DNA of 64,000 nucleotides from Trichormus sp. ATA11-4-KO1 (GTDB lineage Bacteria > Cyanobacteriota > Cyanobacteriia > Cyanobacteriales > Nostocaceae). The position numbers and the translations under genes were made by a program. The stretch's first letter is position 1; the number at the start of each line of letters is the position of its first letter. Location of the stretch: the NCBI GenBank assembly GCA_019358915.1, contig JAHHIM010000009.1, forward strand, positions 1 to 64,000. The letters are read 5' to 3'. Below, one piece after another: positions 10,597-21,929 of this stretch. The notes beneath the pieces were generated by a model. The model saw only the letters and a program-made list of their open reading frames with translations. It was not told the origin of the DNA and did not search any database.

Positions 10597-11322
10597 TTAA
10601 TCACAACCTTGACGCAGCAAGTTGGTGATTTCGCCGTGACAATGTGCAGTTACCTCAGCCACGAGATTTTTTGCGAGTTTGCCGTGATATTTATTTTGGT
10701 GCTGAGGCGTAATCCAATAAGGGCGACCGATTAACACAGCTACCCGACGATAAATAACTAGGGGATGCCAACCAGGTTGATTAAATAAAGGTTCTGAAGG
10801 GTCGAATAAACTCAACAGTCTGAGAGGAAAAGCATTCGTGTTTACTTCTTCTAAGGAGGCGATCGCTATTGGTAAAATTGCCAAATCTGGCACAGCAGAT
10901 CGCAATGCTAAATGGGCAAATCCTCTGTGAAATTCACCTAAGTGATTTGGTTGGGTATATTTTACCATTGGTGTAGTTCCTTCCGGAAAAACTCCCACCA
11001 TTTGTTTGGACTGCAATAGTAATTGTGACTGCTCAAAAAAGCTTTGCTGACGATTTGGGGTTTCCTCCAAGGGAAAGCACCCCAATTGTCCTGTGACAAT
11101 CTCCCGCATGATTGGTACTTGTCCCATGTAGTGATGACAGGCAAAGCGAATGGGACTCGATAGCGCTGCCATTAAAATCAGTGCATCCATAAAGCTGCGG
11201 TGATTGCTGACTACTAAAATACTGGCATCTAAGGGAATGCGATCCTCGTAATAACGAAACATCTGTGTTGATAACGCCGCCAGGAAATAGCGAGATATGT
11301 CCAGGGGACTATTTAAACTCAT
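10597..11322 (-). CDS. Lysophospholipid acyltransferase family (PlsC-like)
   Basis: NHRSFMD (HX4D) and VFPEGT motifs. Confidence 0.88.
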   Translation of the reverse strand: MSLNSPLDISRYFLAALSTQMFRYYEDRIPLDASILVVSNHRSFMDALILMAALSSPIRFACHHYMGQVPIMREIVTGQLGCFPLEETPNRQQSFFEQSQLLLQSKQMVGVFPEGTTPMVKYTQPNHLGEFHRGFAHLALRSAVPDLAILPIAIASLEEVNTNAFPLRLLSLFDPSEPLFNQPGWHPLVIYRRVAVLIGRPYWITPQHQNKYHGKLAKNLVAEVTAHCHGEITNLLRQGCD

Positions 11323-11684
11323 ATAAATATATTTTTCCAAAAAATATCGCAGTTTATCTTGACTTAATTTTTACATTTCTTTATTGATACTAGGGCTATC
11401 TTAAGGTAGAAAACTTTTATCCACAAAGATAGCTAAATTTTCGGAGTTTGAAGTTCTGTAATTCCATTGACAATTTATGTAATAAAAAAAATTATTAACA
11501 GCTAACTCCATCTTGGAATCTGAGATAACCTGAATTTATACAGATTACAAAACTATGCTTGTTTTCAGAAATTTGCTAATATTAAGTTGTGATTTGAAAA
11601 ACTGGTAGTAATGTTATATAATTGCGTAGTTTTACCAATAAAAGTAAGATAGAAAACGTTTTAATAATTTGATTTTTATTCTGC

Positions 11685-13286
11685 ATGAATCTAGTGGATA
11701 AAATAGAAAAGACATTTGCACTGACAACACCGTTATATTATGTAAACGATGTTCCTCACGTTGGTAGTGCTTATACAACGATGGCAGCAGACGTGGTGGC
11801 GCGGTTTCAGAGACTGTTAGGGCATCGGGTACTGTTAATTACAGGTACAGATGAACACGGACAGAAAATTCAGCGTTCAGCAGAGAGTTTAGGGAAAGCA
11901 CCACAAGAGTTTTGCGATGAAATTGTGCCTAGCTTTATCAGCTTATGGCAGCTATTAAATATTCAATATGATCGCTTTAGTCGGACTACCGCTTCTGAAC
12001 ATGAAGTGATTGTCAAAGAGTTCTTCCAAAGATTATGGGACGCTGGTGACATCTACTTGGGACAACAGCAAGGTTGGTACTGTGTATCCTGTGAAGAATT
12101 TAAGGAAGAACGAGAACTGTTGGAAGGACATCGCTGCCCTATTCATACTAACAAGGAAGTTGAGTGGCGAGACGAGCAAAACTACTTTTTTTGCCTATCC
12201 AAATATCAGTCCCAACTCGAAGAGTTATACAAGTCTCAACCAGATTTTATTCAGCCAGAAACTCGGCGTAATGAAGTCTTAAGCTTTATTAGTCAAGGTT
12301 TGCAGGATTTTTCCATTTCGCGGGTAAATTTAGAGTGGGGTTTTCCCGTACCAGTTGATCCCCAGCACACGCTTTATGTATGGTTTGATGCCTTGCTGGG
12401 TTATGTAACGGCATTACTAGAACCAGATGCTGAGCCGACTTTAACCAATGCTCTAGGAAATTGGTGGCCAATCAACTTGCATCTCATTGGTAAAGACATC
12501 CTCCGCTTCCATGCAATTTCTTGGCCAGCAATGCTGTTTTCAGCTGGCTTACCCCTACCGGAAAGGTTATTTGTGCATGGGTTTTTGACCAAAGACGGTC
12601 AAAAAATGGGTAAATCTCAGGGTAACACCCTCGATCCCGTAGGGCTAGTTCACAGCTATGGTAGTGATGCCGTTCGTTATTACTTCCTTAAGGAAATCGA
12701 ATTTGGCAAAGATGGCGATTTTAATGAAGTTAGATTCATTAATGTTTTGAATGCAGATTTGGCTAATGACTTAGGTAATTTGCTGAATCGCACCTTAAAC
12801 ATGGTCAAGAAATACTGCGCTGGTGATGTACTGCCAATTGCCAATGAAGCTATAAATGACGAAAATCCGTTGAAAGCGATTGGTTTACGTCTAGGGGAAC
12901 AAGTAAAACAAGCATACGAAGCGCTAGCTTTCAATCAAGCCTGCGAAGCCACCCTTTTGTTGGTACGAGCCAGCAATAAGTTTATTGATGAACAAGCTCC
13001 TTGGTCACTATATAAACAAGGACAGCAGCAGGAAGTAGAAAAAGTACTGTACGCAGTTCTAGAATCTGTTAGACTAGCAGCTTATCTTCTATCCCCAGTG
13101 ATTCCGAATATCAGTAGCGCTATTTATCAGCAGCTGGGCTTGGGAATTGACTTTAATGATCAAATAAAAACTTCAATGGTTGCCCCTTTTGCTACCCATG
13201 CACAATGGGGAGTACTGACCAGTCAACAACCTTTGGGTAAACCCCAACCCATTTTTAAGCGCATAGAAACACCAAAAAACGATTAG
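11685..13286 (+). CDS. metG: Methionine--tRNA ligase
   Basis: YYVNDVPHVGSAY (HIGH-like), GTDEHG, YVWFDAL, GKDILRFH, KMGKS. Confidence 0.97.
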   Translation: MNLVDKIEKTFALTTPLYYVNDVPHVGSAYTTMAADVVARFQRLLGHRVLLITGTDEHGQKIQRSAESLGKAPQEFCDEIVPSFISLWQLLNIQYDRFSRTTASEHEVIVKEFFQRLWDAGDIYLGQQQGWYCVSCEEFKEERELLEGHRCPIHTNKEVEWRDEQNYFFCLSKYQSQLEELYKSQPDFIQPETRRNEVLSFISQGLQDFSISRVNLEWGFPVPVDPQHTLYVWFDALLGYVTALLEPDAEPTLTNALGNWWPINLHLIGKDILRFHAISWPAMLFSAGLPLPERLFVHGFLTKDGQKMGKSQGNTLDPVGLVHSYGSDAVRYYFLKEIEFGKDGDFNEVRFINVLNADLANDLGNLLNRTLNMVKKYCAGDVLPIANEAINDENPLKAIGLRLGEQVKQAYEALAFNQACEATLLLVRASNKFIDEQAPWSLYKQGQQQEVEKVLYAVLESVRLAAYLLSPVIPNISSAIYQQLGLGIDFNDQIKTSMVAPFATHAQWGVLTSQQPLGKPQPIFKRIETPKND

Positions 13287-13457
13287 TCCTTTTAATTGCC
13301 GATCATTTTTTGATTTTGTTCAATTCCTTTATTTTCTCACAAAATTTAACGGGGCTTAACTTACATTACTAGCCCCGGAACATTATCATAAGCTGTTCTA
13401 ACTAACAAGTAAACTTTGGAAACTTCGTATCAAAAATAACAACAATAAAAATGAGGT

Positions 13458-14096
13458 ATGACAACAATGTTGAATAATTTGGAAAGTGACTCAATATTTA
13501 CACCGGAACAAGTTTTAGAAAATCGGGGTCGTGTAGCTATATTTATTGATGGTTCAAATTTATTTTATGCGGCTTTACAACTAGGAATCGAAATTGATTA
13601 CACGAAACTACTGTGTAGATTAACTGGTGGTTCCCGACTGTTGCGTGCTTTCTTTTACACCGGGGTAGACCGAACAAATGAGAAGCAACAAGGGTTTTTG
13701 TTGTGGATGCGCCGTAATGGCTATCGAGTCATTGCTAAAGATTTAGTCCAGCTGCCTGATGGCTCTAAAAAAGCCAACCTAGATGTAGAGATAGCTGTAG
13801 ATATGATGGCTTTAGTAGATTCCTATGATACCGCAGTTTTAGTTAGTGGTGATGGGGATTTGGCATACGCAGTCAATTCAGTCAGCTATCGTGGCGTGCG
13901 GGTAGAAGTAGTGAGTTTGCGCTCAATGACTAGTGACAGCTTAATTAATGTCAGCGATCGCTATATTGATTTAGAAGCCATCAAAGAAGATATCCAAAAA
14001 ACCCCGCGCCAGAGCTATCCATATCGACCGCTATCGGGAATGGGTTTTCTAGATGATCCCAGAGAAGCTGATGAACAGTTAGAAATCCAAGATTAA
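13458..14096 (+). CDS. NYN domain (LabA/DUF88) protein
   Basis: IFIDGSNL, KANLDVEIAVD, LVSGDGDL. Confidence 0.9.
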   Translation: MTTMLNNLESDSIFTPEQVLENRGRVAIFIDGSNLFYAALQLGIEIDYTKLLCRLTGGSRLLRAFFYTGVDRTNEKQQGFLLWMRRNGYRVIAKDLVQLPDGSKKANLDVEIAVDMMALVDSYDTAVLVSGDGDLAYAVNSVSYRGVRVEVVSLRSMTSDSLINVSDRYIDLEAIKEDIQKTPRQSYPYRPLSGMGFLDDPREADEQLEIQD

Positions 14097-15334
14097 TGAA
14101 GTATCAATTGAATCAGAGTGAGAGAGCGGAGGAAACGGAAAGAGGGGGAAATAGCAAAAATTTCTCTCACTCTCCCACCCCCCCATTTCTTTGCTCCTTT
14201 GTCCTTTTACCTGTGACTTTCTTCTTGGTAATGGGATTAGCTGCTTGTGGGGGTAAATCCCCCACAAATTCTCAATCAAATGATGCGAGTTCATCTTCTG
14301 AAGAAAGCAATTTGACATTCTTTGATGTCACCTTAGAACAAGCAGACGAAGTAGGGCGACCTCTTTGGAAAGTCCAAGCTAAAAAGGCTACATACACTCA
14401 AGAAAAACAAATTGGTCAAGCAGAAAATCCCTATGGTGAACTATATCAAGATGGTAAAGCAGTTTACCAAATCAAAGCAGAACAAGCAGAGATCAAACAA
14501 GATGGGAAACAGCTATTTCTCAAGGGGAAAATATTAGCTACAGATCCTAGCAATGGCATTGTGTTGCAAGGTAATGAATTAGAATGGCGCCCCCAAGAAG
14601 ATTTATTAATTGTTCGTAACCAACTAAATGGTACTCATAAACAACTACAAGCAGTGGCGCAAGAAGCACGAGTAAAAACTCGCGAACAGCGCATGGAATT
14701 TTCTGGTGGAGTAGTGGCCAAATCGGCTGATCCCCAAATGCAAATCCGCACTGAGCATTTGATTTGGCAAGTCAAAGAAGAAAAATTAATTGGCGATCGC
14801 CCCATACAAATTGACCGCTACAATAACAATCAAATTACCGACCGTGGCAAAGGAGATGCGGCTGAAGTCAACTTAAAAACTAAGATTGCCACAATCAAAC
14901 AAAACGCCCAACTAGAGTTAGTAGATCCACCAACGCAAATAGCTAGTAACTCTATCACCTGGAACATGAATGCAGAAACTGTCGCGACAAATGCTCCTGT
15001 GCGTGTGTTCCAGCGTGCCGAAAATGTGACAGTGACCGCCAATCAAGGCGAAATGAAAATCCCCCAAAAAGTTGTTTACTTAACAGGCAATGTTAATGCC
15101 ATAGGGCAGCGTCAGCAAACCCTCAAATCTAATAAACTAACCTGGTATTTAGACAAGAAATTATTAGAAGCCCAAGGCAACATAGTTTATCGTCAAATTG
15201 ACCCGCCATTAAATTTTACTGGTGAAACAGCCGTTGGTAATTTGCAAACAGAGAACATTGTCGTCAAAGGCGGGAAATCTAGCGGTAGGGTAGTGACAGA
15301 AATTATTCCCCAAGATTCGTTAATCAGGAACTAG
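14096..15334 (+). CDS. lptC: LPS export protein, LptC/OstA-like
   Basis: Lipobox LAAC and beta-jellyroll-like repeats; follows metG-NYN as usual in cyanobacteria. Start uncertain. Confidence 0.75.
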   Translation: MKYQLNQSERAEETERGGNSKNFSHSPTPPFLCSFVLLPVTFFLVMGLAACGGKSPTNSQSNDASSSSEESNLTFFDVTLEQADEVGRPLWKVQAKKATYTQEKQIGQAENPYGELYQDGKAVYQIKAEQAEIKQDGKQLFLKGKILATDPSNGIVLQGNELEWRPQEDLLIVRNQLNGTHKQLQAVAQEARVKTREQRMEFSGGVVAKSADPQMQIRTEHLIWQVKEEKLIGDRPIQIDRYNNNQITDRGKGDAAEVNLKTKIATIKQNAQLELVDPPTQIASNSITWNMNAETVATNAPVRVFQRAENVTVTANQGEMKIPQKVVYLTGNVNAIGQRQQTLKSNKLTWYLDKKLLEAQGNIVYRQIDPPLNFTGETAVGNLQTENIVVKGGKSSGRVVTEIIPQDSLIRN

Positions 15335-15405
15335 GAAAGGAATTATTCTTGGCGACTTTGCGACTTTGCGTGAGCTTTTCATATCTTAATTCAATAGCCA
15401 GGAAT

Positions 15406-16734
15406 TTAATTACTACCACCCAACAAAATTTCATTACGACTAACTGCACCCAATTCAGGTGAAGAATACTTAGGAGATTGGGGAGTGACAGCAGGAGGGA
15501 TATTTGGAGCTACTGCTAATTGTTGCACAAGACTTTGTAATAGCTTGTCTTGACTAACACGGAAATCTGATACGTATGGGCCACGGTTAATAATAGTAAA
15601 CCACACCAAACCGCGATCGCGTGTGGGGATCACCCCAGCTAAAGCACTAACATCTCGGAGAGTACCAGTCTTCATCACAGTCGCATTGGGCATTTTTCGG
15701 GCTTGCATTGTTCCCCGACGATCAAATCCAGATGTAGGAAACAAATCAGCCACATTGATTTGCTGAGTGACAGCTTCCCGTTGAATCGCCATCAACATCG
15801 CACACACAGCTCTTGGGGAAATGCGATTGTCTACACCCAAACCTGAACCATTAATTAATTGAATTTCTGCCTCTGGTACGTTAGCCAGGTTGGCAGCTTT
15901 TGATTGCATGACAGCTGCTCCCCCCACCGACTCCGCTAGCATTTCTGCCATGAAGTTGTTACTAAAAACATTCATCTCCTTAATTAGTTGTTGCAAGGGT
16001 AAAGAATAGTGACGTACCAGCAAGGTTTGTTGGGGGTTTGGTTGTGCTGCAAATTTAATACCACCTGCAATCACAACTTGAGGCTTGGGTGTACCCTTAG
16101 GCATGATTGAATGTATGTAAGTTGCCGGACGAGTCCAAGTTGAGTGATTTAGTGCTTGCTTGAGCATTTGACCAGCTAACACCGGATGTTCCTGGAAATT
16201 CATCGCAAAATTCCCATTAATTACCAAATTTCCCTTTACTTGCTTGATCCCCATTTTATTAAGAGTATTACCCAAGGCGATCGCTTCTTCCCAAACAAAC
16301 ATCGGATCACCACCACCAGTAATCACTAAATCACCCTGCAATACTCCGTTAACTATTGGGCCTGTAGCGCTGACCAAAGTCTCAAACTGGTGGTCTGATC
16401 CCCAAGTTTTCAAAGCCACCAGTGAAGTGGCAATCTTCGTTAAAGAGGCGGCGGGTAGAGGTGTCGTACCTTGATGATTAGCCATCAGCATTGGCCCGGA
16501 CTGCATCCAAATTCCCTGACTCTCAGTTAAATTTTCTGCCACCAATTTAGACGTAATCAGCCCTTTTAAATATTCCTGAACTGTAGTTGCTCCAGATGGA
16601 TTTGGATCAGGGGCCAGAACAAAGCCAGGGCTACTTTGCCAAGCTAATACTTCTAAGGCATCTGCAGGCTTGATTTGTACACCAGCCATTTCCAGCCAAA
16701 GAGAAATTAAACCTGAACCCAATAGTTCCAGCAT
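15406..16734 (-). CDS. dacB: D-alanyl-D-alanine carboxypeptidase (PBP4, peptidase S13)
   Basis: PAASLTK (SxxK), SNNF (SxN), NGSGL, KTGTL. Confidence 0.88.
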   Translation of the reverse strand: MLELLGSGLISLWLEMAGVQIKPADALEVLAWQSSPGFVLAPDPNPSGATTVQEYLKGLITSKLVAENLTESQGIWMQSGPMLMANHQGTTPLPAASLTKIATSLVALKTWGSDHQFETLVSATGPIVNGVLQGDLVITGGGDPMFVWEEAIALGNTLNKMGIKQVKGNLVINGNFAMNFQEHPVLAGQMLKQALNHSTWTRPATYIHSIMPKGTPKPQVVIAGGIKFAAQPNPQQTLLVRHYSLPLQQLIKEMNVFSNNFMAEMLAESVGGAAVMQSKAANLANVPEAEIQLINGSGLGVDNRISPRAVCAMLMAIQREAVTQQINVADLFPTSGFDRRGTMQARKMPNATVMKTGTLRDVSALAGVIPTRDRGLVWFTIINRGPYVSDFRVSQDKLLQSLVQQLAVAPNIPPAVTPQSPKYSSPELGAVSRNEILLGGSN

Positions 16735-16829
16735 ATTTTATCCCCTTATGTTGTTTCCTGTGCTAATATACAGTCTTTTTGATGATAATCAGCATTGAGC
16801 CATGATAACTAGTGTTGCTCTTAAGATAC

Positions 16830-16990
16830 AAGGTGGAGTTGTTCGCGTCAGCGTTGCGAAGCAATACGCAGTGAAACCCAACAATACCAATGTCTACGGT
16901 CAGCCGCGCTGGGCGCGCTACGTTCCGCAAACGCCACTTGCTACAAGTCGGGGAACCCGCAGGGCGCAGTGGCTTCCCAACCCACACCTA
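16830..16990. repeat. REP-like element containing small inserted repeats
   Basis: GC-rich palindromic pieces (gttcgcgtcagcgttgcgaagcaa 16841-16864; aacgccacttgctacaagtcggggaacccgcagggcgcagtggc) inside an ...aaacccaac...cccaacc scaffold. Confidence 0.55.
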
Positions 16991-17151
16991 AATTGATGAA
17001 TCAATTCAAAATTCAAAATAGAGCCTCCGGATACCGCCAGGCTGTACAAAATTCAAAATAAAAGTCTTGAAAAATAAGGGCTTTAGATTTTTCTCTAGCG
17101 ATAGTGATTAAATTGGATTAACAAAAACAGATAGTCAATTAGTGTTGATCT

Positions 17152-17348
17152 TAGAGGTTTTTTTAAAAGGGTCTTCCCCTGTCATATTGAACGGAGTGAA
17201 ATATCTCAGTATATAGCTCAAAGCCAGGATATTCTGGATTCTTGCCTGCGGAACGCTGACGCGGTAAGCGCAGCTATGCCCGTCAGGGCTTGACGCTGCG
17301 CTCAGAATGACAAAATTATCCCCTCTCGGACTTTTCCCACATCCTCTG
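17152..17348. mobile_element. MITE-like element with an internal tgtcat...atgaca palindrome and nested small repeats
   Basis: Imperfect terminal repeats agaggtttttttaaaag / cttttcccacatcctct; inner tgtcatattgaacggagtga ... cgctgcgctcagaatgaca. Confidence 0.55.
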
Positions 17349-17356
17349 ATGGTGCG

Positions 17357-18403
17357 TTACATTTTCACACCTTCGATGATGCTGATGGGAGACGGAGTAG
17401 GAATAATGTTAGTCAGTTTGAACCCAGCAGCAGCAAAGAGTTCTTGAAATTCGGTGGCGGTGCGTTCACGTCCTCCAGAAGTCATGACTAACATTTCCAG
17501 GTCAAGAAATTTACCTGGTGAAGGTTCGTTAGTATTGGGAATGACATTTTCTACAACGAGAACTTTCCCATTATCTGGCATAACATGGTGACAATTCTTG
17601 AGAATTTTCATGGCACTTTCATTATCCCAGTCATGAATTATGTGTTTCATGATGTAAGCATCAGCACCACTCGGCACGGATGCAAAGAAGTTACCACCGA
17701 TTACTTGCCAACGTCCATCTAATTCTGATGCTGCCAGATATTGCTTTGCTCCCTCAATTACCTGCTCTTGGTCATAAACTATACCCTTGACCGTAGGATA
17801 TTTTTTGAGAATGCCAGCAAGTAAACTCCCATGTCCACCACCCACATCAATTAAAGTGTTGATTGATGAAAAGTCGTAACTAGATATTACAGGATTGATG
17901 TATGTGCTGGAAAAGCTTGTCATACAGGCGTCAAATATAGCTGCGGCGTCTGGGTTTTGAGCCAGGTAGGGAAATACAGGCATCCCAAAAACATCATCAA
18001 AAGCGGGTTTGCCTGTTTTGATACTGTAAAGAATGTTGCCCCAGGGTTGCCAATGCCAGTTTTCACTACCGAACATAATAGCCATGGCCTGTAACGAACC
18101 TGGAACATCACTGCGGAGATATTCTGCCAGTGGTGTTAGCTGAAAATCGCCATTTTCTACTTCAGTAAATATACCAAGACTACACAAAGCACGCATCAAT
18201 CTATACAATGATCCAGCATTAACTTCTGTGAATTTCGCTAATTCTTCACAACTTTTAGCACCGTCTTTCAGTAAATCAGCAATACCCAGTTTAGCTGCTA
18301 CGTAAATTGATTGCGTTACCCAAATACCAGAAATCATGTGCTGCATCTGTTCGGGCAGAGGCATTTGATTTGTTGGGTGGGAAATGTCTTGTTGAGATAC
18401 CAT
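17357..18403 (-). CDS. SAM-dependent O-methyltransferase (COMT-like)
   Basis: N-terminal dimerisation region, LIDVGGGHG, GNFF, MKHIIHDW, GGRERT. Confidence 0.92.
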   Translation of the reverse strand: MVSQQDISHPTNQMPLPEQMQHMISGIWVTQSIYVAAKLGIADLLKDGAKSCEELAKFTEVNAGSLYRLMRALCSLGIFTEVENGDFQLTPLAEYLRSDVPGSLQAMAIMFGSENWHWQPWGNILYSIKTGKPAFDDVFGMPVFPYLAQNPDAAAIFDACMTSFSSTYINPVISSYDFSSINTLIDVGGGHGSLLAGILKKYPTVKGIVYDQEQVIEGAKQYLAASELDGRWQVIGGNFFASVPSGADAYIMKHIIHDWDNESAMKILKNCHHVMPDNGKVLVVENVIPNTNEPSPGKFLDLEMLVMTSGGRERTATEFQELFAAAGFKLTNIIPTPSPISIIEGVKM

Positions 18404-18516
18404 TATCTTGAGGGATAAATTCTATGCTCATGATATATCTATTTGTATATTTTGCTGCTTATGCTAGTGTGGAAAATTTTGAACCCGCGTTTTCTCCGGA
18501 ACATTGGTACTAAAAT

Positions 18517-19587
18517 TTACTTTCTTTCTGGATGTGCCTTTTCTTCAACTGAAGGTGTACCCATCTGGTTAATTGCCGCAATCATCTGATACAAACGACC
18601 CAAATCACGTTGATTAAAGTACAACACGAGGCGTGGTAGTTCAACTGTTTCGTCATTGTTTTCTTGAGGCAAAGTTTGACTTTTTTCAATCCTTCCTTTC
18701 ACGAGAATGTCGCTGAAGTTAGCATTTAACTTCTCTACCTCAGCATCAGATAGTTCTGATGACAAGCGAATTACCAACTGCTCACCGACATAACGACTAG
18801 AGTGATAGACCCGGTAAAAACCAGTAATGGCATTACAAGCTACTTCGAGGTTGTCTGTCACTGTGTAAAGGCTGGGATCTTCAGGACTCACAAGACCTTT
18901 TTGTACCAGTTGCTGATCAATATATTTGCTCCAAGACCACCAGTAATCTCCACCTGGATGGTCAATTAATACTACAGGGACAGGGCCAAACTTACCTGTC
19001 TGGCTTAAGGTCATACACTCAAAAGCTTCATCTTGAGTGCCAAATCCTCCAGGAAATAAGGCGACGGCATCACTTTCTTTGAGGAGAAACAGCTTGCGGG
19101 TGAAGAAATACTTAAAGTGAATCAGCTTAGGATCGCCCTCAATAAACGGGTTTGCCTGCTGCTCAAATGGCAACTGAATATTTAAGCCAAAGGAATTATC
19201 TCGCCCAGCACCTTCGTGACCCGCCTGCATGATGCCACCGCCGCCGCCTGTCATCACCATAAATCCCAACTGAGTAACAGCGCGAGCAAACTCAAGGGCC
19301 ATGAGATACTCTGGTGTTTCTGGCGATAAACGAGCAGAACCAAAAATAGTTACTTTGCGGACATGTCGATAGTCATAAAATAGTTGGAAACCTCGCTCCA
19401 TATCTGCTAACGCAGCCGACAAGATTTTCCAATCAAGACGGTCAACCTCACTTTCAGCTAGACGCACTATGGTAGCGAGTGCCTGCTGAATAAGTTGCCG
19501 ATTTTTTAACGTCGGTAAGCGATCAATTAGTTCAGCGATGTCCGCTTGGAGAGTCTCTAATGTATCAAACGACGCAGATGAGGTCAT
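18517..19587 (-). CDS. LOG family nucleotide-binding protein
   Basis: VTIFGSAR, TGGGGGIM, FKYFFTRK, PGGFGTQDE. Confidence 0.9.
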   Translation of the reverse strand: MTSSASFDTLETLQADIAELIDRLPTLKNRQLIQQALATIVRLAESEVDRLDWKILSAALADMERGFQLFYDYRHVRKVTIFGSARLSPETPEYLMALEFARAVTQLGFMVMTGGGGGIMQAGHEGAGRDNSFGLNIQLPFEQQANPFIEGDPKLIHFKYFFTRKLFLLKESDAVALFPGGFGTQDEAFECMTLSQTGKFGPVPVVLIDHPGGDYWWSWSKYIDQQLVQKGLVSPEDPSLYTVTDNLEVACNAITGFYRVYHSSRYVGEQLVIRLSSELSDAEVEKLNANFSDILVKGRIEKSQTLPQENNDETVELPRLVLYFNQRDLGRLYQMIAAINQMGTPSVEEKAHPERK

Positions 19588-20107
19588 GAGAACTGCCGCT
19601 ACAATGGCATTACATTTTACCTAATTTTGGAATGCAATTTACAACCGCTTCGTGCAGTTACTATTTGATAGTCCATAATTTTTGACTATTAACATAATTA
19701 AATATTATTGATGATTTCTTAGCTGTAAAAAGCACCTTTTGTTCATATTAACCAAGGTGCTAGTAAAGAATTTAATCCACATAAATTACTACTTCGTTAC
19801 ACAAACGTCTTACTGTTCATGAAAGGGGTGTAGGAAAGAATCAAGAAAAATATAGATAAGTACAAAAATCAATAAACCTTTGACTTACTACACCCCATAA
19901 GCTGTTTTTGGTGAGAGGGAAAAAATAGAGATCACCTTTCTTTCAAGGAATAACATATTACTTTAGCAGTGGTAATCTAGCACTGTTTACCACTGGATAA
20001 AGTTTTTTGGAGACGCGAAGTCTCGCGTCTCGCAAACTTGTTAACAAATATTTACCTAAACCTAAAGCCAATGGAAGACTCAAAAGGATTTTGCTACCGA
20101 TTGAGTT

Positions 20108-20431
20108 TCAAAGATATTTTTCCAACGTGTTAGCTAATGTAGTTTTAGGCACGGCACCGACCACCATATCAACTTTTTGCCCACCTTTAAAAATCATTAA
20201 TGTGGGTATGCTGCGGATACCGTACTGACTGGCAACATTAGGATTCTCGTCAGTATTGACTTTCACTACTTTTATTTGACCTTCGTACTGAGAGGCTATT
20301 TCTTCTACAACAGGAGCTACCATGCGGCAAGGACCGCACCAGGGCGCCCAAAAGTCAACTAAAACGGGTACATCGCTGTCGAGTACTTCTTGCTTAAAAC
20401 TAGAATCCGTAACTTGTGCGGCTGCTGACAT
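20108..20431 (-). CDS. trxA: Thioredoxin (m-type)
   Basis: WAPWCGPC active site; guaB-Yfr1-trxA synteny. Confidence 0.96.
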   Translation of the reverse strand: MSAAAQVTDSSFKQEVLDSDVPVLVDFWAPWCGPCRMVAPVVEEIASQYEGQIKVVKVNTDENPNVASQYGIRSIPTLMIFKGGQKVDMVVGAVPKTTLANTLEKYL

Positions 20432-20553
20432 GCCTAAAAACCTTTGCCAATTATATTTCTGAGTTTCGTGAAAATTCTACCATAGCAAAAACAGCAGCTA
20501 AGAAGTGAAGAATGTACATTTGCAACGAAGCTAAAGAAATTATGCACAAACAT

Positions 20554-20623
20554 AAGGAACCGCCCGAACAGTAGTCCGGGCGGAGTGTGGTGTGAGGAGT
20601 GAACGGAAACATGCGTCTCCGCT
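20554..20623 (-). ncRNA. yfr1: Yfr1 small RNA
   Basis: Minus strand has a 5' hairpin gcggagac...gtttccgt, the conserved ACTCCTCACAC, and a 3' terminator ccgcccgga...ttcgggcgg. A -10 TACAAT lies at 20635..20630. Position between guaB and trxA is the known one. Confidence 0.93.
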
Positions 20624-20765
20624 ATTTCTATTGTAGGCGACATATGTGATTTTTCCAGGGATTGTTTAAGAGTCTGGAAAAATTTTCTTAAGGATTTAAA
20701 TTTGGGAATGGGACATTAGGACATTAGGTATATATAACAAAATGATTTCCCCATCCCCACTTCCT

Positions 20766-21929
20766 TTATTTACCCATACCTAATTGTTGAGCTTTTTGGT
20801 AAACCTTACCTTCTGTTAATAGAGAAGGCGCAATCACAACTTCAACTTGCTGCATTTCTTTGATGTTTTTGGCTCCTAATGTGCCCATGCTAGTTTTTAA
20901 GGCTCCCACAAGATTATGAGTACCATCATCTAGTCCCGCAGGACCAATGAGGATTTGCTCAAGAGAGCCAGTAGTGCCAACGCTAATGCGGGTGCCACGG
21001 GGCAGTACTGGGCTAGGAGTTGCCATCCCCCAATGATATCCCCTGCCTGGGGCTTCGGCGGCTCTAGCGAAGGGAGAACCAATCATCACACCATCAGCAC
21101 CACAGGCGATGCATTTACAAATGTCGCCACCAGTGATTAAACCACCATCGGCAATGATGGGGATGTAGTTACCAGTTTCCTGGTAATAATCATCTCTGGC
21201 GGCGGCACAATCAGCGATCGCAGTTGCCTGGGGTACACCTACACCTAAAACTCCCCGAGAAGTACAAGCGGCACCAGGGCCAATTCCCACTAGTACCGCA
21301 GCCGCCCCAGCTTTCAATAAATTCAAAGTGACTTCATAAGTCACACAATTCCCCAACACCACAGGAATGGGCATAGAACGGCAAAATTCTGCCAAATCGA
21401 GGGGAACTATCGCCTCTGGTGATAAATGTGCCGTAGAGACTACTGTAGCCTGCACAAAAAACAAATCTGCCCCTGCTTTGGCTACTACCTCACCATATTT
21501 ACTTGCTCCGGCTGGGGTAGCACTCACCGCCGCAATGCCACCTTGTTGTTTAATTTCCCGAATACGTTTTTCAATTAATTCCGGTTTTATGGATTCGGCA
21601 TAGAGTTCTTGCATCAGGGAAACAAATTCATTTTTCCCTACGGAGGCAATTCGATCTAAAATCGGTTCTGGGTCAGCATAGCGAGTTTGGATACCCTCTA
21701 AGTTGATGACACCTAATGCGCCTAGCTGTGACAAACGTACAGCCATTTCCACATTGACTACGCCATCCATGGCACTGGCAATTATCGGGATTTCCCGCTC
21801 AATATTGCCAATGCGCCACTTAGTATCTGCCAAACTCGGATCGAGTGTTCTGTTACCAGGAACTAGAGCAATTTCATCAATTCCATATGCTCTACGAGCT
21901 TTTTTTCCCCGCCCAAGTTGAATTTCCAC
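20766..21929 (-). CDS. guaB: IMP dehydrogenase, cyanobacterial GuaB3-type without CBS domains
   Basis: [32 protein letters not shown]. Confidence 0.9.
   Translation of the reverse strand: MEIQLGRGKKARRAYGIDEIALVPGNRTLDPSLADTKWRIGNIEREIPIIASAMDGVVNVEMAVRLSQLGALGVINLEGIQTRYADPEPILDRIASVGKNEFVSLMQELYAESIKPELIEKRIREIKQQGGIAAVSATPAGASKYGEVVAKAGADLFFVQATVVSTAHLSPEAIVPLDLAEFCRSMPIPVVLGNCVTYEVTLNLLKAGAAAVLVGIGPGAACTSRGVLGVGVPQATAIADCAAARDDYYQETGNYIPIIADGGLITGGDICKCIACGADGVMIGSPFARAAEAPGRGYHWGMATPSPVLPRGTRISVGTTGSLEQILIGPAGLDDGTHNLVGALKTSMGTLGAKNIKEMQQVEVVIAPSLLTEGKVYQKAQQLGMGK

Noticed and set aside
16763..16996. Short ORFs on both strands
   Set aside because: Translations of repeat DNA.
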